Positions 1 through 9,022 of a DNA stretch of 64,000 nt are shown piece by piece. Within the stretch, counting starts at the first letter, position 1, and the number at the start of each line of letters is the position of its first letter. Position numbers and translations under genes: made by a program. The stretch spans positions 3,265 to 67,264 of the forward strand of contig JABDAW010000002.1 of assembly GCA_013288905.1 (NCBI GenBank). Direction: 5' to 3'. Below the pieces are notes generated by a model. The model worked only from the letters and a program-made list of their open reading frames with translations, was not told the DNA's origin and searched no databases. Source of the stretch: Bacteroidota bacterium (GTDB lineage Bacteria > Bacteroidota > Bacteroidia > AKYH767-A > JABDAW01).

Positions 1-427
1 GAAAGTTTTTGATGGTTGTTTTTTTGGTTCTAATAATTATTATTACTTTTGCCTCGCAAAATAAAAATAGAATGATGAAATAAAAAAGATAAAGATTAAA
101 CCAAAACATAGGCGTTTAGCAATCCTATCTAAGAAACCGACGAAATTTTAAAGTAATCAGGATTAAGCAAAGACGCTCACGACAGGCGTGGGCATTGCTT
201 TACTTGATTACTGGTTCTTCGTCGGACCTCTTAGATAGTCAGCAAGATTAGCTCACGCCGCTGTTTTATATAAGAACAAAGAATCGTGAAATATGTATAG
301 CGAAAGAAACATAACAAGAGCACCATGAATGAAAGGAAGAAAAATAATCAACCTCCAATCTTCCGAGCTACTGGAAGTGATGGCGTACACAGCAGCTTTG
401 TGAAAGTACGTTAAATCAAAATTTATA

Positions 428-435
428 TATCTTTG
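428..435 (+). promoter_or_regulatory. Bacteroidetes sigma-A -7 box (TAnnTTTG) 'tatctttg' about 25 nt upstream of the ATG at 460
   Basis: Exact match to the TAnnTTTG consensus in the AT-rich leader directly upstream of the first CDS. Confidence 0.4.
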
Positions 436-459
436 CAAACAAATTAAAATCATTAAAAA

Positions 460-1689
460 ATGAAAAGAATAAAACTAATTGTCTTAACAATAATGCTGCT
501 CGCCACGGTAGGCTTGAGCAAGAGCATTGCACAAGCACCGACCATTTTAGTAAACGGTACATCAACTAACTATAATTTATGTATAGGTGTTACATATGTA
601 TTAAATCCTCAAATACCTACAACATGCTATATGCATGATTCAAATAGTAGTGGCGGAGATTTTTTTATATCGGATAATATTTCCACTTATACAATAGTTC
701 CATTCAATGTTGGTAATGGTAGACAGTTTTCACAAGCTTATTTTACAATAAATGGACCAGGTATTTATAAAATTTATTGTAAATATTATTATAATTCTGA
801 TCCTTGGGATCCTTTTTACACGGATACAATTACTTTTACAGCTATTACATCATACCTTACATCAACCGCCGTTTTTAATAGCCCTTGCGTAAATTCAGGC
901 ATTGATATAATTATTAATTCAAATGGTACAGTAGATGGCGGATTTTGGACGTCTTCAAATAATAGTGTTTTTGATGGTGGATCATTTACATTTTTGGAAG
1001 GAACTTATAACACTTATTCTACCAATTCAACACCGGGATCGGAATACGTAATTTGTTGGGTAGATTTTGTAGAAGGCTGTTCTCGTCAATATGATTCATT
1101 ACTAATAAATAGTTATGATCTACCTCCTTCTGCTCCTTCTGGAACAATATCATGTATCTATGGTGCCCCGGAACTTTGCTCCGGTGGAGATCTAAATCTT
1201 TCTATTGACACAATTACTAATGCAGCAGGATATATTTGGACATCTTCAGTATGGGAAAATATATTATCTCCATTTTATATTACAGTTCCTTATTTGGATA
1301 TCGTGATTGGAGATTATGATCAAACTAATGTAGTTACCGTTGCAGCAGCTAATGGATGTGGAACAAGTGATTCTGCAGTGAGATCGTTTCATTCCTATCA
1401 GGAAAAAGATTGTACGCCTCCAAAGATTATTAATGTATCAAATAATCTTCAAAAGGAATATTCAATTTATCCTAATCCTGCTTCCTCAATAGTTACTGTT
1501 ATATTTGATCATCCTGAGCAAACTCATAAAATTTTTCTTCTTAATTTAGAAGGTCAAGTAATTACCAATTTTGTTTCAAAAGGAATTAGTTTAGAAATTG
1601 ATATTTCAAAATTACCATCAGGATTGTATCTACTTCATTCAAATTCAGATACCGATGAACATTATACCAAATTGAGCATTATTAGATAA
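460..1689 (+). CDS. Secreted protein with a type IX secretion C-terminal sorting domain (Por_Secre_tail-like)
   Basis: N-terminal signal peptide (MKRIKLIVLTIMLLATVGLS). C-terminal ~75 aa (YPNPASSIVTVIF...GLYLLHSNSDTDEHYTKLSIIR) has the T9SS CTD pattern. Confidence 0.65.
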   Translation: MKRIKLIVLTIMLLATVGLSKSIAQAPTILVNGTSTNYNLCIGVTYVLNPQIPTTCYMHDSNSSGGDFFISDNISTYTIVPFNVGNGRQFSQAYFTINGPGIYKIYCKYYYNSDPWDPFYTDTITFTAITSYLTSTAVFNSPCVNSGIDIIINSNGTVDGGFWTSSNNSVFDGGSFTFLEGTYNTYSTNSTPGSEYVICWVDFVEGCSRQYDSLLINSYDLPPSAPSGTISCIYGAPELCSGGDLNLSIDTITNAAGYIWTSSVWENILSPFYITVPYLDIVIGDYDQTNVVTVAAANGCGTSDSAVRSFHSYQEKDCTPPKIINVSNNLQKEYSIYPNPASSIVTVIFDHPEQTHKIFLLNLEGQVITNFVSKGISLEIDISKLPSGLYLLHSNSDTDEHYTKLSIIR

Positions 1690-1697
1690 ATTAAATA

Positions 1698-1731
1698 ACC
1701 CCAGCAGGAACAAATTTCCTGTTGGGGTTTT
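1698..1731 (+). terminator. Rho-independent terminator hairpin (ccccagcaggaa..ttcctgttgggg) followed by a T-run
   Basis: GC-rich inverted repeat and U-tract immediately after the stop at 1689. Confidence 0.5.
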
Positions 1732-1736
1732 ATAAA

Positions 1737-2459
1737 ATGAAAAGAATTTATCTTATTATACTTATAAATTTAGTCTCCTTTAATTTGTTTTCACAAGATT
1801 CTACCATTTCATTTTTTAATAAAAATATCATATCCGCAGGATTAGGCTCGGATTTTAAAATACCTACGAAGAGTAGTGGCTACTATTTTAATGCAAGTCC
1901 ATTAATAAATTTTGATTATTCTATTATTGTCAGTAATGAAAAGGATTATGCTTTAGGATTCAATATTAATGCTGAATTTGCTATTCAATTATTAGATTAC
2001 TCTGAGCATGGTGTTGTAATCGGATTATCAAATGGGAAATTGATACGTGCAAATATTTATACACATGAAAGTTCTCCTGATTTACTTACTTCAGTAGGGT
2101 TAAATTATTATAGAAAATTTTACTCTGAAAATTTTTATTTTTGTAATATAAGTTTGATACTTTTTGATTGTGCTTTCAAAGTTAATGGTATTAATTATGT
2201 TACAGTTCCACAAACTGGGGAAAGTGAAACGTATTATTACAATGTTTCAGGAAGTGCAAGTTTAGTTTTTGCATTTAATTACAAAATGGGGTTCATTTTC
2301 TCTCTTCCTAATTATAAAATCATCCCATTTATTGAAACCCCTCTTCTATATTTTAATAGTGTCATCCCGCCAAATGCAACTTTGTTTACAAGACATTCTG
2401 ATAATAATAATCAATTTCCTTTTCTTGAAATTTCAATAGGGTGTAATATAATATTTTGA
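1737..2459 (+). CDS. Hypothetical secreted or outer-membrane protein, paralog A (ends ...FLEISIGCNIIF)
   Basis: The ORF track starts at 1722 inside the terminator, so the likely start is the ATG at 1737 (MKRIYLIILINL..., signal peptide). The C-terminal Phe and alternating beta-pattern suggest a small OM beta-barrel. It is a paralog of 2606-3367. Confidence 0.55.
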   Translation: MKRIYLIILINLVSFNLFSQDSTISFFNKNIISAGLGSDFKIPTKSSGYYFNASPLINFDYSIIVSNEKDYALGFNINAEFAIQLLDYSEHGVVIGLSNGKLIRANIYTHESSPDLLTSVGLNYYRKFYSENFYFCNISLILFDCAFKVNGINYVTVPQTGESETYYYNVSGSASLVFAFNYKMGFIFSLPNYKIIPFIETPLLYFNSVIPPNATLFTRHSDNNNQFPFLEISIGCNIIF

Positions 2460-2460
2460 A

Positions 2461-2553
2461 ATGGGTATTTCAAAACTTCCTACAGGATTGTATCTCATTT
2501 CTTCATGTTCAAATTCAGAACGGCATTATTCAAAATTAAGCATTATAAGATAA
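2461..2553 (+). pseudogene. Orphan fragment of a T9SS C-terminal domain tail (MGISKLPTGLYLISSCSNSERHYSKLSIIR*)
   Basis: About 75% identical at the protein level to the last 29 aa of the 460-1689 product, and followed by a paralogous terminator hairpin. No upstream protein body. Confidence 0.6.
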
Positions 2554-2562
2554 GAACTACCA

Positions 2563-2594
2563 ACTCCGGCAAGAATAAATTCTTGCCGGAGTTT
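2563..2594 (+). terminator. Terminator hairpin (aactccggcaagaa..ttcttgccggagtt), paralogous copy of 1698-1731
   Basis: Inverted repeat plus T-run, in the same position relative to the CTD tail as the first copy. Confidence 0.45.
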
Positions 2595-2605
2595 TATATA
2601 AAAAG

Positions 2606-3367
2606 ATGAAGAGATTTTGTGTTATCATTCTAATTAGTTTAGCTTCTTTAAATATTTTTGCTCAAGATTCGACTAATGAAATTTTTTATAAAAACATTTT
2701 GTCAGCTGGATTAAGTACAAAGCTTATCGTTCCTCTTAAACCACAATACAATACTATGTATTATGCAACAAGCACGACTTTTTATTTTAGTGCTGGCGCA
2801 TCTGCAAATATTGATTATTCAATAATTATAAGTAATAAAGAAAATTATGCTTTTGGTATAGATTTTAACGCTGAATATAATATTGAAATAATTGATGACA
2901 CTGAAAATGGAGGATATGGATTATTCAATGGGAAAGTATTACCAGTTGATATTTATACACATAAACGCTTTAATATTTTAACACTATCAACAGGTCTCAA
3001 TTATTACAGAAAATTATCTTCCAATCGTTTTGCTTTTTTTAATTTGAGTGTAATACCTTTTAATTATCAATCTAACGGAGGAGGAACTGAAACTATTACA
3101 GATCCCATAACAGGAAATACTATAACTTCCTTTTTCAAATCTAATGGTGGAAATACATCCTTTATCACGGAGGGAAACATCGCTTTAAACTATAAAATGG
3201 GTTTGATTTTACCCTTTTCAAATTATAAAATTATTCCTTTTATTGAGACTCCAATTTTAGCAATTAATTCTTCCCCTTATTCCATATCTTGGTTTAACAG
3301 ATATGGAACGCCAAATTATCCAGTACCCTTTCTTGAGATCTCTATCGGTTGTAATATAATTTTTTGA
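2606..3367 (+). CDS. Hypothetical secreted or outer-membrane protein, paralog B
   Basis: Signal peptide MKRFCVIILISLASLNIFAQ. Shares the N-terminal block (QDST..F..N..SAGL) and the identical C-terminus PFLEISIGCNIIF with 1737-2459. Confidence 0.6.
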   Translation: MKRFCVIILISLASLNIFAQDSTNEIFYKNILSAGLSTKLIVPLKPQYNTMYYATSTTFYFSAGASANIDYSIIISNKENYAFGIDFNAEYNIEIIDDTENGGYGLFNGKVLPVDIYTHKRFNILTLSTGLNYYRKLSSNRFAFFNLSVIPFNYQSNGGGTETITDPITGNTITSFFKSNGGNTSFITEGNIALNYKMGLILPFSNYKIIPFIETPILAINSSPYSISWFNRYGTPNYPVPFLEISIGCNIIF

Positions 3368-3372
3368 TTAGT

Positions 3373-3486
3373 CAATCCATCCCATCCTCCAATCAGCAAT
3401 TAATAATAACAGACCTTCTCGGCACAGAAGTCTATAAAGATGAGTTGAGAATTGAGAGTTGAGAATTTGCATTCGACCCAATAATT
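3373..3486 (+). pseudogene. T9SS CTD remnant (..NQQLIITDLLGTEVYKDE..) with no protein body
   Basis: Translation matches the first half of the CTD fragment at 31797-31978 (NQQLIITDLLGNEVFKE). It is interrupted by a palindromic repeat. Confidence 0.45.
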
Positions 3487-3510
3487 CTCAACTCTCAACT
3501 CTCCATTCTT
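3431..3510. repeat. Composite palindrome with arms built of gagttgagaatt-type short repeats
   Basis: gagttgagaattgagagttgagaatt ... aattctcaactctcaactctc. Confidence 0.6.
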
Positions 3511-3513
3511 TCC

Positions 3514-3521
3514 TATCTTTG
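3514..3521 (+). promoter_or_regulatory. -7 box 'tatctttg' upstream of the antitoxin gene
   Basis: TAnnTTTG motif 20 nt upstream of the ATG at 3542. Confidence 0.4.
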
Positions 3522-3541
3522 CAACCTTAATATATTAAATC

Positions 3542-3739
3542 ATGAAGTCATTAATAATATCACCAAAGAGTAAAGAGGAACTGAAGTTTGTTGAATCCTT
3601 GTTAAATAAATTAGGCGTTGCAACAAAAGCCTTGACAGAAGAAGAGATTGAAGATGCTGGCTTGTCTTTACTGATGAAAGATGTTGACAGAACTAAAAAG
3701 GTTAGCAAGGAAGTAATCATGAAGAAGCTCAAAGCCTGA
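3542..3739 (+). CDS. Putative type II antitoxin (65 aa), paired with a degraded RelE/ParE toxin
   Basis: Small acidic/basic protein whose stop overlaps (ATGA) the start of a downstream RelE/ParE-like reading frame. This is classic toxin-antitoxin architecture. Confidence 0.45.
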   Translation: MKSLIISPKSKEELKFVESLLNKLGVATKALTEEEIEDAGLSLLMKDVDRTKKVSKEVIMKKLKA

Positions 3740-4004
3740 TGGAGGTTACGTTTCTTGATACATTCAATAAGGATTTAGATAAGATAAAAGATAAAACAGA
3801 ATGAAATCACTGCAACATCTTATCCACAAAGCAGAACATGCCAACAACCTTCACGATCTTCCTAATGTGAAGAAATAGGAAGGATATAAGTCTGCTTTTA
3901 GAATAAGAATTGGGGATTACAGAGTAGGAATATTTATGAAGGGAAACACAATTGAGTTTGCAAGGATGGTACATCGGAAAGATATTTATAAAGTCTTTCC
4001 ATAA
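3738..4004 (+). pseudogene. RelE/ParE-family toxin pseudogene (frameshift near 3803, in-frame stop near 3872)
   Basis: Three frame segments read MEVTFLDTFNKDLDKIKDKTE*, ..SLQHLIHKAEHANNLHDLPNVKK*, ..EGYKSAFRIRIGDYRVGIFMKGNTIEFARMVHRKDIYKVFP*. The last carries the RelE/ParE hallmark RIRIGDYRV. Confidence 0.6.
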
Positions 4005-4097
4005 GGGACATATTTCCTGATTCCTTTTTCTCTTCAAATATTATTCCGCCACCACCCTTCTACACATCCATCCATCCACCCCATCCCCCAATCAGCA

Positions 4098-4163
4098 GAG
4101 AGTTATGAGTTATGAATTATGAGTTAATGCCCACGACTCATAACTCATACTTCATAACTATAA
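4098..4163. repeat. Palindromic 'gagttatga' repeat element, copy 1
   Basis: gagagttatgagttatgaattatgagttaatgcccacgactcataactcatacttcataact. Same family as 4296-4350 and 27598-27696. Confidence 0.65.
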
Positions 4164-4164
4164 T

Positions 4165-4293
4165 GAAGTCTATAAAGAAATGCTTACAGGCATTGATAAT
4201 ACCATCTCTATCTCCACCTGGAGCGCAGGGCTTTATTTCTATGAAGTAAGAAGCAATAATTCAAGCATACGCGGGAAGTTCGTGAAGGAGTAG
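4165..4293 (+). pseudogene. T9SS CTD remnant (EVYKEMLTGIDNTISISTWSAGLYFYEVRSNNSSIRGKFVKE*)
   Basis: Matches the second half of the CTD fragment at 31797-31978 (FTGIDNSISIFTWSSGVYFYEIRSANENLRGKFIIE*). Has a CTD tail but no protein body. Confidence 0.55.
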
Positions 4294-4295
4294 TT

Positions 4296-4350
4296 AATAG
4301 TTATGAAGTATTAGTTATGAGTTTGTACAAACTCATAACTCATAATTTCT
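4296..4350. repeat. Palindromic 'gagttatga' repeat element, copy 2 (center gagtttgtacaaactc)
   Basis: agttatgaagtattagttatgagtttgtacaaactcataactcataa. Confidence 0.55.
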
Positions 4351-4497
4351 TTCATTCTTTTATGCTACCATTCCGCCCTGGTGGTGGTGCAATAAAAGGA
4401 AGAATAAGATGAAAGTTTATAGCCTAAAGTTTAAGGTTATTGTTCGATTCCTAAACCTTAAACCTTTTTCGTTACTTTGCAGCCTAATAATTTAATA

Positions 4498-6078
4498 ATG
4501 GATAACAGAAGAGTACGATTAAGATTTGCGCCGTCGCCCACGGGTCCCTTGCATATCGGGGGCGTGAGGACGGCATTGTACAACTACCTTTTTGCGAAAC
4601 GTCATGGCGGCGATTTCTTGTTGAGGATAGAGGATACCGACCAGACGCGGTATGTGCCGGGTGCCGAAGAATATATTATCGAATCCCTGAAATGGTGCGG
4701 GATACAGCTTGATGAAGGTGTTTCTGTGGGCGGCAAGTACGAGCCTTATCGCCAGTCAGAGCGCAAGGAATTGGGTATATATAAGAAGTATGCAGATCAA
4801 TTAATCGAGAGCGGACATGCTTACTATGCCTTTGATTCCGGTGAAGAATTGGATGCCATACGTGAGCGATTAAACAAGGCTAAGGAGAAGCCCTTTCAAT
4901 ATAATTCCATCACTCGCCAGACGATGAAGAACTCCTTGACATTGCCCGAAGATGAGGTGAAGCGTCGTCTTGAAAACAACGAGCCTTATGTCATTCGCCT
5001 CAAGGTTCCGCGCAATGAAGAGATACGTTTGCATGACATCATTAGAGGCTGGGTGGTGGTGCATTCTTCGCAAGTAGATGACAAGGTTTTGTTGAAGTCC
5101 GATGGTATGCCTACCTATCATTTGGCGCATATTGTGGATGATATTTTGATGGAGATTACCCATGCCGTTCGTGGTGAAGAATGGCTGCCTTCTGCGCCTG
5201 CACATCTCTTGATATACCGCTATCTTGGCTGGGAAGATGTGATGCCGCAATATGCACATCTTCCGCTTCTGTTAAAGCCAGATGGCAATGGGAAATTAAG
5301 TAAGCGTGATGGAGATAAGTTAGGCTTTCCGGTATTTCCTTTGGAATGGAAAGACCCTGCTACCAACGAGATTTCATCAGGCTATCGTGAGCAAGGATAC
5401 TTCCCTGAAGCGATGATTAATATCATCGCCTTGCTTGGCTGGAATCCCGGTCATAATACGGAAATGATGAGTATGGAGGAATTGATAGAGCAGTTTTCTT
5501 TTGAGAAAGTCAGTAAGTCAGGAGCGAAGTTTGATCCCGAGAAAGCCAAGTGGTTCAATCAACAATATCTTCGCAAGAAAGATGATAAAGAATTAGCCAT
5601 TGAATTCATGAAAGACTTGAATAAACGTGGCTTGAATCCTGATGCTGCTTATGTTGAGAATGTCTGTCGTTTAATAAAAGAGAAGGCACATTTCATCAAA
5701 GAGTTTTGGGAATTGGGAAGTTTCTTTTTCATTGCTCCAGATAAATATGATGAAGATGTTATCAAGAAGAGGTGGAATACAGATTCTAAAGCTGCCATTT
5801 CCAAGGTCAAAGATGATTTTAAAAAATTTGACGTGGAGAACGATATAGTAAATGATATTCAAAATGTAACTTGGAGAGGTTGGCAACAACGCTCAATCCA
5901 ATTATTATTCGAACAAAGTTGTGAAAGCATTGGAGTTAAATCAGGAAATGTAATGCAAGTTTTCAGAGTATGTCTTAGTGGAATTGGTGGAGGTCCGGTA
6001 TTGTGGGAGATGGCTGAACTACTTGGGAAAGATGAGGTGGTGAAGCGTTTGGAAACAGCTTTGGAAAAGATTAAATAG
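4498..6078 (+). CDS. gltX: Glutamate--tRNA ligase
   Basis: Class I HIGH motif (PSPTGPLHIGG), KMSKS-like KLSKR, and overall GluRS architecture. The ATG at 4498 is preferred over 4477 because a TAnnTTTG box ('ttactttg') sits at 4465-4472. Confidence 0.9.
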   Translation: MDNRRVRLRFAPSPTGPLHIGGVRTALYNYLFAKRHGGDFLLRIEDTDQTRYVPGAEEYIIESLKWCGIQLDEGVSVGGKYEPYRQSERKELGIYKKYADQLIESGHAYYAFDSGEELDAIRERLNKAKEKPFQYNSITRQTMKNSLTLPEDEVKRRLENNEPYVIRLKVPRNEEIRLHDIIRGWVVVHSSQVDDKVLLKSDGMPTYHLAHIVDDILMEITHAVRGEEWLPSAPAHLLIYRYLGWEDVMPQYAHLPLLLKPDGNGKLSKRDGDKLGFPVFPLEWKDPATNEISSGYREQGYFPEAMINIIALLGWNPGHNTEMMSMEELIEQFSFEKVSKSGAKFDPEKAKWFNQQYLRKKDDKELAIEFMKDLNKRGLNPDAAYVENVCRLIKEKAHFIKEFWELGSFFFIAPDKYDEDVIKKRWNTDSKAAISKVKDDFKKFDVENDIVNDIQNVTWRGWQQRSIQLLFEQSCESIGVKSGNVMQVFRVCLSGIGGGPVLWEMAELLGKDEVVKRLETALEKIK

Positions 6079-6082
6079 CTTC

Positions 6083-7312
6083 TTAGACAAAGTCCAATAA
6101 AGAGAACTTTCCATTTAAAACCTTTTGATGATCGGTCGTCAGCCATTTATCAAGGATGGTAGCATAGACTTGTCGGAAATCTATTTTGTAAATCAAATCA
6201 CCATTATCAAGATTCTTTAAGTCTGGCAGTTCATTGTAGATGCCGGCTTTTGAAAGCCCTCCACCGGCTATGTAGATGTTATTTGCTGTTCCATGATCGG
6301 TGCCTCTGCTGGCATTCTGAGCCACACGTCTTCCGAATTCAGAGAAGGTCATAACGACAGTATCTTTGAAGCGATCATTATCCATTAAATCGTCACAGAA
6401 AGTCTTCAAAGAATCAGCATATACTTTAAGCAATTTATCATGCCTATCCTTCTGATTGATATGAGTATCGAAACCTGAAAGAGATACATAATAAATCTTC
6501 GTCTCTGACCCTGAACATATCAATTCGGCAATGACTTTCATCCTTCTCCCGAAATCATTAACGGGATAAATCTTTGATGATTTATAGATTTTGGAATGCT
6601 TGAAGATATAGTCAGCGGACTGTGTGGTATCAACCAAAGTCTTGTGCAGGAATTCTATTTTCGGATGCTCATGTTCCTCATGGTAATTGGAGGAAACCGT
6701 TCGCAGGATTTTATTATCCGTTGCCAGATGAAGGTTTGCCGGATTGTTGAATGCAAGCCCTTTTTTAATCTCCCCTTTCATTGACAGACTCAAGTAATCA
6801 TCTATCTCTACCGCAGTGTGAGGCTTCACTTGCTGGGCAGGATTTGTAATCCTGCTCTCATCGGAACACGTGGCGTCCAGATACCTTCCCAACCAACCGG
6901 TATTCAAAACTTTTGCTTCATCGCTGGCAGTTTGCCAGATGTCCATGCTTCGGAAATGAGAACGGTTAGGATTGGGATAGCCAACACTGTTGATGATGGA
7001 AAGATGACCTGCATTATACAAATCCGCAAGCCCTTGAAGACTGCTGTTCAAACCGACTTTATCATTCAAAGAAATTATTTGAGAGTTCTCTAAACCCAAA
7101 TCAGGACGGGCATTGTAGTATAGATCATTGTGTAATGGAATGACACAATTCAAGCCATCATTGCCTCCGGATAATTGAATTACTACTAAAGTTTTTCCCT
7201 GATATTCGCCGGGAATGTTCATGCTTCCAAATGCCTTTAGGAATTGTGGAACCATCAATGATGCCGAGGCAAGGAAGGTCAGTTTTATAAAATCTCTTCG
7301 GGTATGTGCCAT
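6083..7312 (-). CDS. DUF1501 family protein with a Tat signal (RRDFIKL)
   Basis: Twin-arginine leader, sulfatase-like fold signature, and its position immediately downstream of a DUF1800 gene. Confidence 0.7.
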   Translation of the reverse strand: MAHTRRDFIKLTFLASASLMVPQFLKAFGSMNIPGEYQGKTLVVIQLSGGNDGLNCVIPLHNDLYYNARPDLGLENSQIISLNDKVGLNSSLQGLADLYNAGHLSIINSVGYPNPNRSHFRSMDIWQTASDEAKVLNTGWLGRYLDATCSDESRITNPAQQVKPHTAVEIDDYLSLSMKGEIKKGLAFNNPANLHLATDNKILRTVSSNYHEEHEHPKIEFLHKTLVDTTQSADYIFKHSKIYKSSKIYPVNDFGRRMKVIAELICSGSETKIYYVSLSGFDTHINQKDRHDKLLKVYADSLKTFCDDLMDNDRFKDTVVMTFSEFGRRVAQNASRGTDHGTANNIYIAGGGLSKAGIYNELPDLKNLDNGDLIYKIDFRQVYATILDKWLTTDHQKVLNGKFSLLDFV

Positions 7313-7314
7313 GA

Positions 7315-8709
7315 TTATATCAATTGAAATTCGGGTAAAGACATGATGTTTGCTGCCATGCTGATGATTCGTTTTTCTTCTGTAGAATTATCTGTTCCTG
7401 CTTCGAGATATTCCATTTTAATTCTTCCTGTATCACACTGAATGAGGCTGTGCAAAAGGCTTACAGGTAATTTATCTTTGGATTCATTACTGAAATTTGC
7501 GGCGAACTTGGTCCAGTCAGATTTAATCGTGCCGATATTTCCTTCTCTCAAAGTCTCTACAGGTGGTTCTTCGTAAGCAGGCTTGGCTTCGATGTCCATG
7601 CCTGAATTATTCAGGATGAATTGAGGAATACTTAATCTTAAAACCAGGGACGAACTATCTATCCAGTTCTGTCCGCCCTTCCAGCCCGCCACATTCGGTG
7701 GGGCGAAGAGCACTTGCCCAAGGACATGCTGAAGATTTATCTGCGTCTTTTGTTTCTCATAATCCAAACCAACAAGCTTCTTATATCGAACTAATAATTC
7801 GACAGGAGAAGCTATCTTGCTTCCTATATTTTCTTCGTCATAAAACCAATCCGATGTATAAATCGTCCTCATCAATTCATCAATATTATATTTAGAGTTG
7901 TAGAAGCTATTTGACAATTCATTCACTCGGTTTTGATTGATGCTGTCATTCACAAACTCACGGTAAATCTTGGTTACAATGAACTCAGCCACCTTTTTAT
8001 TCTCCAGGATGATATTGATAATATCGCCACCATCGAAATTCCCTTTCCTTCCCATAAATTCTTTTTCATCATAATCATGCTGCTTTGGATTCACGCTGAA
8101 TTGCCCTTTGTTATTAAACGCCCAACCAGTGAAAGCGCGGGCAGCTTCCTTGATATCTTTCTCGGTATAATTCCCCATTCCGAGCGTAAATAATTCCATG
8201 ACTTCACGCGCAAAATTTTCATTCGGATGCCCCTTGTGATTCTGCTGATTGTTAAGATAAAAAATCATTGCAGGGTCATGAGCAATGGCATGAATCAGGT
8301 CGCCGAACTTCCCCAAAGCATGTTTCCTGATGGTATTATTCTGAACCTGCATGAGGTAAGAAAATGGAACATTGGTAGCAAAATGATTGTGCCAGAAGAA
8401 CACCATTTTCTCCCGCAGAGGAGCTTTGGTATTCGCCATCTTAAAAACCCATTCGCAATTCAATTCTTCATTTTCTTTCTTTGATTTAAGAATCATTTTA
8501 AGAGCCTGAAACCCGCCCACGCCTTTTTCTTCATGCCCTTCCAGGGGATTATCAATGTATTCAATATCCTTGTAATTTTCTGAAGCCTTAAACAGGTCCG
8601 CCACAATCGTATTAATCGGGGTATTCAACAAATCCTTAATCTTATCAGGAGTTTCGCCGAAAGCCGCCCGAAGGAGGAGATGCTGTATTTTACGCTGTTG
8701 AGAAATCAT
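7315..8709 (-). CDS. DUF1800 family protein
   Basis: N-terminal HLLLRAAFGETPDKI motif typical of DUF1800, and the conserved DUF1800-DUF1501 gene pair. Confidence 0.7.
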   Translation of the reverse strand: MISQQRKIQHLLLRAAFGETPDKIKDLLNTPINTIVADLFKASENYKDIEYIDNPLEGHEEKGVGGFQALKMILKSKKENEELNCEWVFKMANTKAPLREKMVFFWHNHFATNVPFSYLMQVQNNTIRKHALGKFGDLIHAIAHDPAMIFYLNNQQNHKGHPNENFAREVMELFTLGMGNYTEKDIKEAARAFTGWAFNNKGQFSVNPKQHDYDEKEFMGRKGNFDGGDIINIILENKKVAEFIVTKIYREFVNDSINQNRVNELSNSFYNSKYNIDELMRTIYTSDWFYDEENIGSKIASPVELLVRYKKLVGLDYEKQKTQINLQHVLGQVLFAPPNVAGWKGGQNWIDSSSLVLRLSIPQFILNNSGMDIEAKPAYEEPPVETLREGNIGTIKSDWTKFAANFSNESKDKLPVSLLHSLIQCDTGRIKMEYLEAGTDNSTEEKRIISMAANIMSLPEFQLI

Positions 8710-9022
8710 CGGAATTCTATTTTGTAATGCGCTATTTGTGTTTTAGAGGAAAAATGATTGCAAGGGTTTAATGAAATCGGTAAATAAGAATTACAAAGTA
8801 TGCTTCACAATGCGTTAAAAAGAATATTTTGGGATTGAACTCATAAAAGGTTTCGATTCTAATCCCGAATTCATTTTATGTAGGTAAACCATCATTCTAT
8901 ATCAATATTATGACGAACAAAATCGAATTGACTGTCTTCAAATGAAGCACAATATTGAAGTAAATTAGTATCAGAACAGACTTTCTCTGAATCAGGACGA
9001 TGTTGTACTAAATCACTACTAA

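Noticed and set aside
4870-5259. 129-aa antisense ORF inside gltX (and similar antisense ORFs inside DUF1501, DUF1800, nuoD, the AAA genes and the histidine kinase)
   Set aside because: Each is fully embedded opposite a well-supported conserved gene and lacks independent signals. They are typical spurious antisense ORFs.
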